From Nostoc sp. (GTDB taxonomy: Bacteria > Cyanobacteriota > Cyanobacteriia > Cyanobacteriales > Nostocaceae), in NCBI GenBank assembly GCA_036918135.1, contig JBALDB010000039.1, forward strand, positions 32,001 through 96,000: 64,000 nt of DNA, in the 5' to 3' direction. Numbering within the stretch: position 1 is the stretch's first letter; every line of letters begins with the position of its first letter. Both the position numbers and the translations under genes were made by a program. Positions 44,937-54,109 of the stretch are shown piece by piece. Under the pieces are notes generated by a model. That model saw only the letters and a program-made list of their open reading frames with translations, was not told the DNA's origin and searched no databases.

Positions 44937-45953
44937 ATGAAAAGACTATTTCAGACAATTTTCAGTGAATACCGTGTAGTTTGGGCTGTTTTACTGTTAG
45001 GTGTAGGATTAGCGTTCACAGTAGCGCTGTCACTTTCCCAAGGAGCAGTACCTTTGAGTATGTCTGAGTTTTGGCAAGCCATTCTTCAACAAGGCGATCC
45101 GGTCAAACACACAATTGTTTGGGATTTGCGTCTCCCCCGGATTTGTGCCGCTCTGATCGTTGGTGCAGCTTTGGGGATGTCAGGAGCTCTGTTGCAAGGA
45201 ATGTTACGCAATAGTCTTGCCGATCCTTTTATTCTTGGCATTTCTGCGGGTGCAGGATTAATTGTGATTTTAACAATCGTCTGGCATATATTTCCGATCG
45301 CCATTCCTTTAGCGGCGTGGATAGGTGCAATCTTAACTTCGGCGATCGTCATTTTACTCGGTCGTGCGGGGTCGGGAATTTCAGTTGAGCGGTTGATATT
45401 AGGCGGCGTGGCAGTGAGTTCTTTATTCGGTGCTGTGCAAAGTACCTTGCTGCTTTTAGCTGAAGACGGCCAAATACAAATTGCGCTCAGTTGGTTAATT
45501 GGTAGCCTCAACGGACGGGGTTGGCAAGAAATTTCTACTGCAAGTCCTTACATCATAGTTGCATTGATCGGGGGATGCTTGCTAGCGCGATCGGTAAACG
45601 TCTTGGCTTTGGGAGATGATTTGGCTGTGGGATTGGGGCTTTCATTAACGCGATCGCGCCTATTAATTGGTGGTGTCGCCACATTATTAGCCGCAGGTGC
45701 AGTCAGTATCAGCGGCTTAATTGGATTTGTCGGCCTTGTCGTCCCTCACGCTGTCCGGCTGCTCGTTGGTACAGATCACCGCTTTGTTTTGCCACTTTCC
45801 GCCCTTGCAGGTGCATGGTTACTCACCTTTGCAGACTTACTCTCAAGATTAGGAGCAGTAGAACTACCAGTAGGTTCCGTTACCGCCTTACTCGGTTCGC
45901 CACTATTTATCTGGTTACTTTATCGTCGTTCTGCTGGGTTAAATAAATTCTGA
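44937..45953 (+). CDS. FecCD/BtuC-family ABC transporter permease
   Basis: LRLPR, RNSLADPFILGISAGA, GLIGFVGLVVPH. Confidence 0.92.
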   Translation: MKRLFQTIFSEYRVVWAVLLLGVGLAFTVALSLSQGAVPLSMSEFWQAILQQGDPVKHTIVWDLRLPRICAALIVGAALGMSGALLQGMLRNSLADPFILGISAGAGLIVILTIVWHIFPIAIPLAAWIGAILTSAIVILLGRAGSGISVERLILGGVAVSSLFGAVQSTLLLLAEDGQIQIALSWLIGSLNGRGWQEISTASPYIIVALIGGCLLARSVNVLALGDDLAVGLGLSLTRSRLLIGGVATLLAAGAVSISGLIGFVGLVVPHAVRLLVGTDHRFVLPLSALAGAWLLTFADLLSRLGAVELPVGSVTALLGSPLFIWLLYRRSAGLNKF

Positions 45954-45980
45954 TACAAATCACGTGGGTAGGGCGTGAAT

Positions 45981-48626
45981 TCAGACAAACCAGCGACGAA
46001 TTAACTCTACCTGGAAGCGATAGCCGTCCTCAACTTCCTCAATTAACTCACGTTGCAACAGCAATTTGAGTGTAATATCAGCATCAGCAAACTGTTGTAA
46101 TAAACTTTGGTGGCTAACTATAGCGCCTTCCCCTTGAGCGGCAATAAAACGTAGAATAGCTTGTCCAGTTGCGTCTACTTGGTTGTTTTGAATATCAGCA
46201 AAGAAGAAACCACCACTTTGCAAAGCTTCTGGTATCGCGGCTTCCACATCCGCTAAAGTTGCCAATCGCCGGATAGAAGGGTCTTGCTCGTTTTTAAGGA
46301 CAATAATTTCCGCGCAGAGTAGTTGTATTAAGAATGGATGACAACGAGTAAGTTGCATTACTCGCTCAACTGCATCGGGTTCATAGCGTAGAGTAAAATC
46401 TTTGACGGGACGTTCAATTAATTGTCGTGCTTCCGCTTCTTTGAGGTAAGAGATATGCACTACTTGGACATTAATGAGATAACTAGCCCAGTGCTGATAT
46501 TCTTCGATAGTATGGGAGCCAGCCAGTAATACCTTGAAGCGGGGACGGTGTTGGATGAGGTGACGCAGCATTCCTAAAACATCTTGTTCATCAAAGCGAC
46601 CTTTGGCTATAGTTTTGTCTAGCACCTCGAATTCATCTAGCGCTAGTAAGGCGGTATTTTGCTCTAGAGCCTGTTCTACTTTATCTAGCCATTCATAGAA
46701 ATAGGTGAAGGGATCAGGTTTTAGCACTTCGCGGGCTAGGGATGGTAGAGTTAAACCTTGCTTTTTCGCTGACTTCTCCATATCTCTGGCGAGGTTGTAG
46801 AGAAAACCTGTATGGTCACTAGCTGATGAAGGTGGGCCTTGCAAGTCTACAAACATGGGGATGATGTTATTAGGTAGTAACTTTCCGATGTTGTTGAGGA
46901 GGGAAGTTTTACCCATGCGTCGCTGACCATAGAGTAGCAGAGGTGGACGACGGCGATCTAAAAGTAAGTGCTCAATGCGTAAGCCAATATCATCACGCCC
47001 CGTGAAAATTTCTTGCTCTAGTATCAGCGGTATACCAATAATATAAGGGTTGTCAATTTCTTTGTTTTGTTCAACTTTAATAGCCAGTTCTTCTACATAT
47101 TTGTTGATTATCTCCAACCATATTTTAGCAAAAGGTAGAAAGAAAGGAGCATATTTATTATTACTACGATTGAAGTTGTCTAACTGTCCATTTAACTTTT
47201 CTGCTACAGCTTTAAGAGCTATACGCTGGTTGTAATTACTTCTTTGTTCTAAAGCTACATTTACATCCTGACTGATACGAGTAAAGATACATAGCACAGA
47301 ATTAATCGAGTTTCTTAATTCATTAATTTCTATAGTGCGATGAACCTGACGTATAGCTTCTACATCACAACACTTTCTTAAGCTCAGTGCATCTTTACAA
47401 ATTTGAACAGCCCAATTTTGGAAACTTTTATTGAGATAATCAATGGCAGCTTCACCCTCGCTTGGATTATGTTCTATGACTAAAAGTAAGTACTTATCTA
47501 AACCAGATAAAGGTATGTGCTGAAATGGATCCCAAAAGGCTGAATGATAGCGTAATGAACTTGAATACTCATCTATATTTCTTTCAATAAATTGATAAGG
47601 CAAACGTAATATGAACTCTATAAATGTCTCATCGTTGCGCCTTTGGTTAATTCGTTCAGAAAATATATTAGACAACTTTAATAAAATAGAAGACTGGTTG
47701 ATGCGGTTTTTCTCCAACCGATAAAGTGCTAAATTCCATAATTGGAGTGATGGGTATAAAACTATCGGTCGCCATAAATTGATAGTGATACTCAGAAAGA
47801 ACAGCACAGCAAAAGTAACACCATACGCAAAGTCTAACGCTACACCAAATCCTAGACCTCCTAGTATACCGTAGTACAAGCCTACTATTATTAGCGTATA
47901 AAAGTATTCATCATCAATTTTTTCTGCCATGCCAAACGCTACACTAAACGCTACACTAAACGCCACACCAAACGCCACACCAAACGTCATACCAAACGCC
48001 ACGCCTTCCACCATGCCAAACGCCATACTAAACGCCACGCCTTCCACTAGGGTTTCCATTACGCCTAGAGCCACGCCTAACCCCACGCTTAACGCTATGC
48101 CTTCCGCCACGCCTAAAGCCTCGCCTAAAGCCACGCCTAAAGCCACGCCAAATGCCACGCCAAATGCCACGCCAAATGCCACGCCTAACGCTACGCCAAA
48201 TACCACGCCAAATACTACGCCAAATGCCACGCCTAAAGCCACGCCTAAAGCCACGCCTAAAGCCACGCCTAAAGCCACGCCTAAAGCCATGCTGAATGCT
48301 AAACAACACCCTAAGCTTGAAGCCACAATAGACAAAATATTTGGTAATGGCTGACCTAATCCCCAAAGTATTAAACCAAGGATAAAATTAGCCCACAGAG
48401 GTATAATTAAATAACCTTGTAGCACTGGCTGCCATATAGATGGTTTGTTTAAGTCTGCTAAAGAGTTAATCTCATCTCCAATATGTTTTGTATGCTGATA
48501 CCAAGCTACAGGACGAAAAAATAACCAAAACAACAGTTGCAAACCACCTACGAGCAAATTAGAGTGTGGTTTAGGTGCGTGGGTGTAGATTTCAGCGTAA
48601 TTAGTGGGTGACTTTTGAGAAGGCAT
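45981..48626 (-). CDS. Membrane-anchored AAA/STAND-like ATPase with (GVAx)n repeat tract
   Basis: N-terminal TM helices; NPYIIG..FTGR; Walker A GQRRMGKTS; Walker B LLALDEFE; HPFLIQ. Confidence 0.85.
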   Translation of the reverse strand: MPSQKSPTNYAEIYTHAPKPHSNLLVGGLQLLFWLFFRPVAWYQHTKHIGDEINSLADLNKPSIWQPVLQGYLIIPLWANFILGLILWGLGQPLPNILSIVASSLGCCLAFSMALGVALGVALGVALGVALGVAFGVVFGVVFGVALGVAFGVAFGVAFGVALGVALGEALGVAEGIALSVGLGVALGVMETLVEGVAFSMAFGMVEGVAFGMTFGVAFGVAFSVAFSVAFGMAEKIDDEYFYTLIIVGLYYGILGGLGFGVALDFAYGVTFAVLFFLSITINLWRPIVLYPSLQLWNLALYRLEKNRINQSSILLKLSNIFSERINQRRNDETFIEFILRLPYQFIERNIDEYSSSLRYHSAFWDPFQHIPLSGLDKYLLLVIEHNPSEGEAAIDYLNKSFQNWAVQICKDALSLRKCCDVEAIRQVHRTIEINELRNSINSVLCIFTRISQDVNVALEQRSNYNQRIALKAVAEKLNGQLDNFNRSNNKYAPFFLPFAKIWLEIINKYVEELAIKVEQNKEIDNPYIIGIPLILEQEIFTGRDDIGLRIEHLLLDRRRPPLLLYGQRRMGKTSLLNNIGKLLPNNIIPMFVDLQGPPSSASDHTGFLYNLARDMEKSAKKQGLTLPSLAREVLKPDPFTYFYEWLDKVEQALEQNTALLALDEFEVLDKTIAKGRFDEQDVLGMLRHLIQHRPRFKVLLAGSHTIEEYQHWASYLINVQVVHISYLKEAEARQLIERPVKDFTLRYEPDAVERVMQLTRCHPFLIQLLCAEIIVLKNEQDPSIRRLATLADVEAAIPEALQSGGFFFADIQNNQVDATGQAILRFIAAQGEGAIVSHQSLLQQFADADITLKLLLQRELIEEVEDGYRFQVELIRRWFV
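47930..48290 (-). repeat. 12-bp in-frame tandem repeat encoding GVAL/GVAF
   Basis: GCCACGCCTAAA/GCCACGCCAAAT periodicity. Confidence 0.95.
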
Positions 48627-48690
48627 AATTTGCCTAGTTAGGTTAATAGTAGAGATATTGAAGATATTATTGTCATTGCAAACGCAGTCA

Positions 48691-48902
48691 TTACAGCACC
48701 TCCCAATCTTCTATGGAACAGGCTCAATTAGTTCATGGTAATGAATAATTTTTCCTTGTAAAGGATAAAGGTTAAAGTCTGAAGCTTGGGAAGAACGTTC
48801 TAAGATTATAATTTCTACTGCTTCACCTGCTTGAAACAGTAAATCCTCAAGAATCAAGGTTCCGTTTTGAGTTAACTTTGTTTCAATTCGGTATGCTTTC
48901 AT
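48691..48902 (-). pseudogene. Small antitoxin-like hypothetical protein with frameshifted C-terminus
   Basis: MKAYRIETKLTQNGTLILEDL..YPLQGK..EPVP then a shifted-frame EDWEVL*; no toxin gene follows. Confidence 0.5.
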
Positions 48903-48916
48903 AGTTACTCTGCAAG

Positions 48917-50041
48917 TTATGAATCTAATAAATGAGTAAATGATTTGATTTGTCGTAAACCTTCCTCACGCCAATTATCATCATTCTCTCCTTCTTCTAA
49001 GTTAAATAATCTTTCTCTACACAGAATTTGTAACAACAGTGGCCAGCAGCAACTTTGTGTCAAAATCCACTTTACATCTTCGTCAGTGAAGGCAATCGGC
49101 GAACTCGCTATCAATTCTCGCGCTTCTGTCTCAGTTAATGCTCCCAGAGATGCGGTGTAGCCGAAAATATTGAAAAAGGGTGAACTGTGTCCTGTATTGT
49201 GTGCTAAATCAGTTGGTGATTCCGGGGTAGCTAAGATAAACGCGAGATTTCCGCCTGTGTGGTTAGTCGCCAAAGACCGCAAACATTCCCAAAAGCCATC
49301 ATCTAATTCTGGACAGCGTTGCAATCCAACGCCAATCTCATCCAATAAAATGACTGTGGGAGAATGCAAATTATCGCTGACTACATTCATAAAACGATCT
49401 AAATCGCAAGGTGTCGGCACTTGCATCTTCAGTGATTCTAGGATGTACTTTAGCAGTCCTTCTCGGCTTTGCATTCGTGCGTCTTGCAAGTCTACAAAAA
49501 TCCAACGGTAATTTTCTGGATGCGGTAGCCAGTCAGATTTTTGCTCAGGACGCAGATGTTCTGCTGGGGTGGTGGTGATATTTTTTAAGTAGTGCAGCAG
49601 GGATGTTTTACCAGTACGCTTTTTACCAATAATGGCGGCGTTTTGTAGGGGATGGCGTTTGAGTAAGTTGAAGAGGCGTTTTAATTCTTTCTCGCGCCCA
49701 AAAAAGTAACGCGGTTGGGTAATGGGTGCGCCAGTGATGAAGGGTGATGCTTCCTCGTTAGTTGGCTGAGGTTTAAGTGGAGAAATTTGAACTTTGTTTT
49801 CTGATTTTTGGGTTTGTGAAGCTAATTGCAATCTTGCTTCAATTTTATTAAGTTTAGCTTCCAGATTTGCTAATATAGCTTCTTCTTGTTGAGACTGCTG
49901 TTCTAGTTTTAACCGCTTTATTGTATCATCCTCAATTACCAGCCTTTCGTTTATCCGGCTGACTTTTTCATGCTGGATATTCCAGGCTTGTTGAAGTCCG
50001 TCTCGTTTCTTCTCTAATCTAAATTGTTGTTCTATACTCAA
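48917..50041 (-). CDS. AAA/STAND-like ATPase with N-terminal EAD9-like coiled-coil domain
   Basis: SPFITG..FFGRE; Walker A GKKRTGKTS; Walker B VILLDE; SPFFNIF; WPLLLQ; N-terminal RLEKKRDGLQQ..IEDDTIKRLKLEQQ. Confidence 0.8.
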   Translation of the reverse strand: MSIEQQFRLEKKRDGLQQAWNIQHEKVSRINERLVIEDDTIKRLKLEQQSQQEEAILANLEAKLNKIEARLQLASQTQKSENKVQISPLKPQPTNEEASPFITGAPITQPRYFFGREKELKRLFNLLKRHPLQNAAIIGKKRTGKTSLLHYLKNITTTPAEHLRPEQKSDWLPHPENYRWIFVDLQDARMQSREGLLKYILESLKMQVPTPCDLDRFMNVVSDNLHSPTVILLDEIGVGLQRCPELDDGFWECLRSLATNHTGGNLAFILATPESPTDLAHNTGHSSPFFNIFGYTASLGALTETEARELIASSPIAFTDEDVKWILTQSCCWPLLLQILCRERLFNLEEGENDDNWREEGLRQIKSFTHLLDS

Positions 50042-50260
50042 GGTTCAAGGTAATTGAGGTTTTGGTTATTTGTATACAATTTCTCACTAATCTAGCCACA
50101 ATTTTTGGCTAAGTTCTACAAAATTGAGATAGTCAACAGGTTTGCCAGTGAGAAAGCTTTTGACTATGGATACAGAAAGCTCGATGTAAGTAGCTAAGGA
50201 CTCCTGGCTAAAATAGCCATTGCGTCCAAGTGCTGACTTGAGTTGATTAATATACGTAAA
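50042..50260 (-). pseudogene. Decayed XRE-like HTH domain in frame with the downstream ATPase
   Basis: YINQLKSALGRNGYFSQESLATYIELSVSIVKSFLTGKPVDYLNFVELSQKLWLD**EIVYK*PKPQLP*T then LSIEQ. Confidence 0.75.
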
Positions 50261-50299
50261 AATCAGTAAGGAGTTAGAATCAATAATTTATAAGTTATT

Positions 50300-50551
50300 G
50301 TAAACGAGTCTTTGATACTCGTGAATGAGTCTTTAATACTCGTGAACGAGTCTTTAATACTCGTGAACGAGTCTTTGATACTCGCTGATGAGTCTTTGAT
50401 ACTCGCTGATGAGTCTTCGATACTCGCCGACGAGTCTTTGATACTCGCCAATGAGTCTTTGATACTCGCTGATGAGTCTTCGATACTCGTGAACGAGTCT
50501 TTAATACTCGCCGATGAGTCTTTGATACTCGTGAATGAGTTTTTGAGGCTC
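50300..50551. repeat. 21-bp tandem repeat array (11 full units plus a degenerate one)
   Basis: GAGTCTT(T/C)(G/A)ATACTC + 6 variable nt, units starting at 50306, 50327 ... 50516. Confidence 0.97.
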
Positions 50552-50869
50552 ATAGTTTTTTTAGCGAACCCCAAAGAACGCATAGATACGTTCGCGGAGC
50601 GTTCCCGCAGGGTAGAACGCAAAGAAGGAGAAGAAATAGATTTAAGTAGATAGATATAAATAAATATAGGATAGTTTGTCATTGCGTTTGCCCTTGGCGT
50701 TCCCGTAGGGTACGAAGTGAAGCAATTTCAGTGTTTGCAATTGCTACCCTGCGGGAAGGCTTCGCCTACATTCCACTGCGTTACCGCAATGACATTTTAT
50801 ATTTAATTTCCTACAACTACTTAAATTAAGCTTAGAAAAACGGTGCTTTAGCCAAAGACTAAAACTATT

Positions 50870-50897
50870 GTACAGACGCGATAAATCGCGTCTGTAC
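50870..50897. repeat. Perfect REP-like palindrome, possible terminator of the ssaD-ogdA unit
   Basis: GTACAGACGCGAT-AA-ATCGCGTCTGTAC. Confidence 0.75.
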
Positions 50898-50907
50898 TCC
50901 TAACTTT

Positions 50908-52566
50908 TTACAGCCTACAACTCAACTCGCCGGCTTTTTGACTGAAGCGCCAGTTTTCCCGATAATCTACGGGACAATCTATCACGGCAGGTACATCTTG
51001 AGCGAGGGCTTCTTTAAGTACCGGAATCAAATCTAGAGTTGATTCAACTCGGTAGCCTTTTAAACCCATGCTTTCAGCTAATTTGACAAAATCAGGATTG
51101 CTAAAATGCACAAAGGATGAGTTTCCTTTGCCAAATTGATTTTCTTGCTTCCATTCAATTAATCCATAGCCACCGTCATTGAAAATTATGGTGACAAAGG
51201 GTGTATCGGCACGCAAGGCTGTTTCTAATTCTTGGCAATTCATCATAAAGCCGCCATCGCCTGTTACAGCTACGACTTTGCGGTTGGGATGAACGAGTTT
51301 CGCTGCTAAAGCGCCAGGAATGGCAATACCCATAGCTGCGAAGCCGTTGGAAATTATGCAAGTATTAGGGCTATGGCAATGATAATGACGCGCCATCCAC
51401 ATTTTATGTGCGCCAACATCAGAAATGACGATATCATCTGGCCCCATCACTTGCCGCAAATCATAAATTAACTTTTGCGGCTTAATGGGAAATTCGTCAT
51501 CACGGGCATACTGTTCGTAATCAGCCCGAATATCTGACCTTAAACTGATAGCAAAGGGATCGGATTTACCTTGTCGGTCTGCCAATTTTAAAATTTCATT
51601 GAGAGAATCAGAAATATCTCCCACTACTTCGGCGGTGGGAATATAACTACTATCAATCTCCGCCGGATTTACCCCAATATGCACAATGGGAATTTCACCA
51701 TTACGATTCCATTTCTTCGGCGAAAACTCAATCAAATCATAGCCGATCGCAATTACTAAATCTGTGTTATCAAAACCACAAGTAATAAAATCTCTTTGCT
51801 GTAATCCCACTGACCACAATGCTAATTGATGTGTGTAGGGAATCACACCTTTACCCATAAAAGTATTAGCAACAGGTATATTCAGCAAGGTAGCAAATTG
51901 TGTAACTACATCACTTGCATGAGCGCGAATTGCCCCATTTCCAACTAAAATTAATGGGTTAACTGCTTGGCAAATTGCTGCTGCTGCTGCCCGAATGCTA
52001 GCAAAAGATGCATAGGTTTTTTCGCTATTATCCTTACGCAAAGGTTTGCCTTCGACGGGCATGGCAGCAATATTTTCTGGTAAATCAATGTGAACTGCAC
52101 CGGGTTTTTCCGATTGCGATCGCTTAAATGCTTTCCGCACTACTTCTGGTGTAATACTCGGTCGCACAATCTGCTTATTCCATTTAGTAACAGGTGCAAA
52201 CATTGCCACCAAATCTAAATATTGATGGGATTCAATGTGCATTCTATCTGTTCCTACTTGACCAGTAATCGCCACTAAAGGCGCACCATCGAGGTTTGCA
52301 TCTGCTACTCCAGTCATCAAGTTTGTTGCCCCAGGGCCAAGAGTAGAAAGACACACTCCGGCTTTTCCTGTTAAGCGTCCGTAGACATCCGCCATGAATG
52401 CTGCACCCTGTTCGTGACGAGTCGTAATAAACTTAATGGAAGAATGTTTTAGCGCTTCCAAAACGTGCAGGTTTTCTTCACCAGGGAGTCCAAAAATATA
52501 TTGCACTCCTTCGTTTTCTAGGCATTGCACCAATAATTCTGCTGTATTCATTTTATTTTCCGACAA
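50908..52566 (-). CDS. ThDP-dependent acetolactate-synthase-like enzyme, probably 2-oxoglutarate decarboxylase
   Basis: FGLPGEEN, RHEQGAAFMA, GDGGFMMN..N ThDP motif; directly downstream of SSA dehydrogenase. Confidence 0.85.
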   Translation of the reverse strand: MSENKMNTAELLVQCLENEGVQYIFGLPGEENLHVLEALKHSSIKFITTRHEQGAAFMADVYGRLTGKAGVCLSTLGPGATNLMTGVADANLDGAPLVAITGQVGTDRMHIESHQYLDLVAMFAPVTKWNKQIVRPSITPEVVRKAFKRSQSEKPGAVHIDLPENIAAMPVEGKPLRKDNSEKTYASFASIRAAAAAICQAVNPLILVGNGAIRAHASDVVTQFATLLNIPVANTFMGKGVIPYTHQLALWSVGLQQRDFITCGFDNTDLVIAIGYDLIEFSPKKWNRNGEIPIVHIGVNPAEIDSSYIPTAEVVGDISDSLNEILKLADRQGKSDPFAISLRSDIRADYEQYARDDEFPIKPQKLIYDLRQVMGPDDIVISDVGAHKMWMARHYHCHSPNTCIISNGFAAMGIAIPGALAAKLVHPNRKVVAVTGDGGFMMNCQELETALRADTPFVTIIFNDGGYGLIEWKQENQFGKGNSSFVHFSNPDFVKLAESMGLKGYRVESTLDLIPVLKEALAQDVPAVIDCPVDYRENWRFSQKAGELSCRL

Positions 52567-52741
52567 CTCTATTAACGAATAAGACTTTTGTCCTCTCTTA
52601 CAAAGTTCTGTTCGCCCTTGGCGTTGCCGCAGGCATCCAAGGAAGCCTTGGTTCAGACTTTGCGCTTTGTGATTTGTCCTTCGTCATTAGTCATTTGTCA
52701 TTTTTTTAGCTAATGATCAATGACAAATGACCAATGACTAA

Positions 52742-54109
52742 TCATTTAATCCAAACAGTTTTAACATTGACAAACTCATGTATACCTTGGATACTCAATT
52801 CTCTGCCATATCCAGAACGCTTAATGCCACCGAAGGGCAATCGGGGATCGGATTTAACCATACCGTTGATAAATACGGCACCGGCTTGGATTTCTTCAAC
52901 CAAGCGATCGCGTTCTTGGTCGTTAGTTGTCCAAGCGCTTGCACCTAAGCCAAAGGGTGAGTCATTAGCGAGTTTTATGGCAGCATCGATATCTGAAACC
53001 CGGAATAACAAAGCTACTGGGCCAAAGAATTCTTCTTTTGCAATTGGTGTGTCGGGTGGAATATCTATGATGATGGTTGGTGGATAAAAGTTTCCCGGAC
53101 GATCTAATAAAGGATGTCCCCCAATCAGGACTTTACCACCGCTTTTTGTAGCAGTTTGCACTTGTTGGTCTAAATCCTGGAGAATCCCAGGAGTTGCGAG
53201 TGGCCCTAACTCGGTATCTGGTTGCATGGGATCGCCCACTTTCAGCGCCTCGAATTTATCTAACAACAGTTTTTCAAATTTGTCAGCGATCGCTTCTGCG
53301 ATAATGAAGCGTTTGGCTGCTATACAAGATTGCCCGTTATTTAACATCCGCGCTGTAGTAGCTGTGACAACTGCTGTCTCTAAATCAGCACTTTCTAACA
53401 CAATGAAAGGGTCGCTTCCTCCCAATTCCAAAACCGTTTTTTTAATTTGTTTGCCAGCAGCGGCGGCGAGGGATGCGCCTGCTGGTTCGCTTCCTGTCAA
53501 GGTGGCAGCTTTTATGCGGTCATCTGCCATTAAGTCGGCAACTTTGGCAGCCCCAATCAATAAAGTTTGAAACACGCCTTCTGCAAAACCTGCCCGTCGA
53601 ATAATTTCTTCAATTGCCAAGGCGCACTGCGGCACATTGGAAGCGTGTTTGAGTAAGCCGACATTTCCCGCCATGAGTGCGGGTGCTACAAAGCGGAAAA
53701 CTTGCCAGAAGGGGAAATTCCACGGCATCACAGCCAGAATTGCACCTAAAGGTTGGTAGCGAACAAAACTATGATTGGCATCGGTTTTTACCGCAACATC
53801 AGCCAAAAAATCAGGGGCGTGTTCGGCGTAGTAGCGACAGACACCGACGCATTTTTCGACTTCAGCGATCGCAGCTTTCAAAGGCTTACCCATTTCCAGA
53901 GTCATCAACTTTGCAAATTCTGCTTTTTCTTGCTCTAGAATGTCAGCAGCTTTTTGTAACCAGTGCGATCGTTGAGAGAAACTAGTCTGGCGATAGTCTG
54001 CAAAAACGCGATCGGCCAAATCGAGTTTAGCGTTAATTTCTACATCGTTGAGTGGCTCAAAGGTTTTAAGCGTCTCCCCAGTGGCAGGATTAATCGTGGC
54101 GATAGCCAT
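52742..54109 (-). CDS. gabD: NAD(P)-dependent succinate-semialdehyde dehydrogenase
   Basis: MPWNFP, LELGGSDP, NGQSCIAAKR, EEFFGP, PFGGIKRSG. Confidence 0.88.
   Translation of the reverse strand: MAIATINPATGETLKTFEPLNDVEINAKLDLADRVFADYRQTSFSQRSHWLQKAADILEQEKAEFAKLMTLEMGKPLKAAIAEVEKCVGVCRYYAEHAPDFLADVAVKTDANHSFVRYQPLGAILAVMPWNFPFWQVFRFVAPALMAGNVGLLKHASNVPQCALAIEEIIRRAGFAEGVFQTLLIGAAKVADLMADDRIKAATLTGSEPAGASLAAAAGKQIKKTVLELGGSDPFIVLESADLETAVVTATTARMLNNGQSCIAAKRFIIAEAIADKFEKLLLDKFEALKVGDPMQPDTELGPLATPGILQDLDQQVQTATKSGGKVLIGGHPLLDRPGNFYPPTIIIDIPPDTPIAKEEFFGPVALLFRVSDIDAAIKLANDSPFGLGASAWTTNDQERDRLVEEIQAGAVFINGMVKSDPRLPFGGIKRSGYGRELSIQGIHEFVNVKTVWIK

Noticed and set aside
47929..48366. (NATP)n and (RRGF)n ORFs
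   Set aside because: Shadow frames of the 12-bp repeat inside the ATPase gene
50300..50551. CRISPR array
   Set aside because: The variable part is only 6 nt and recurs; period is 21 bp; no cas genes in the window
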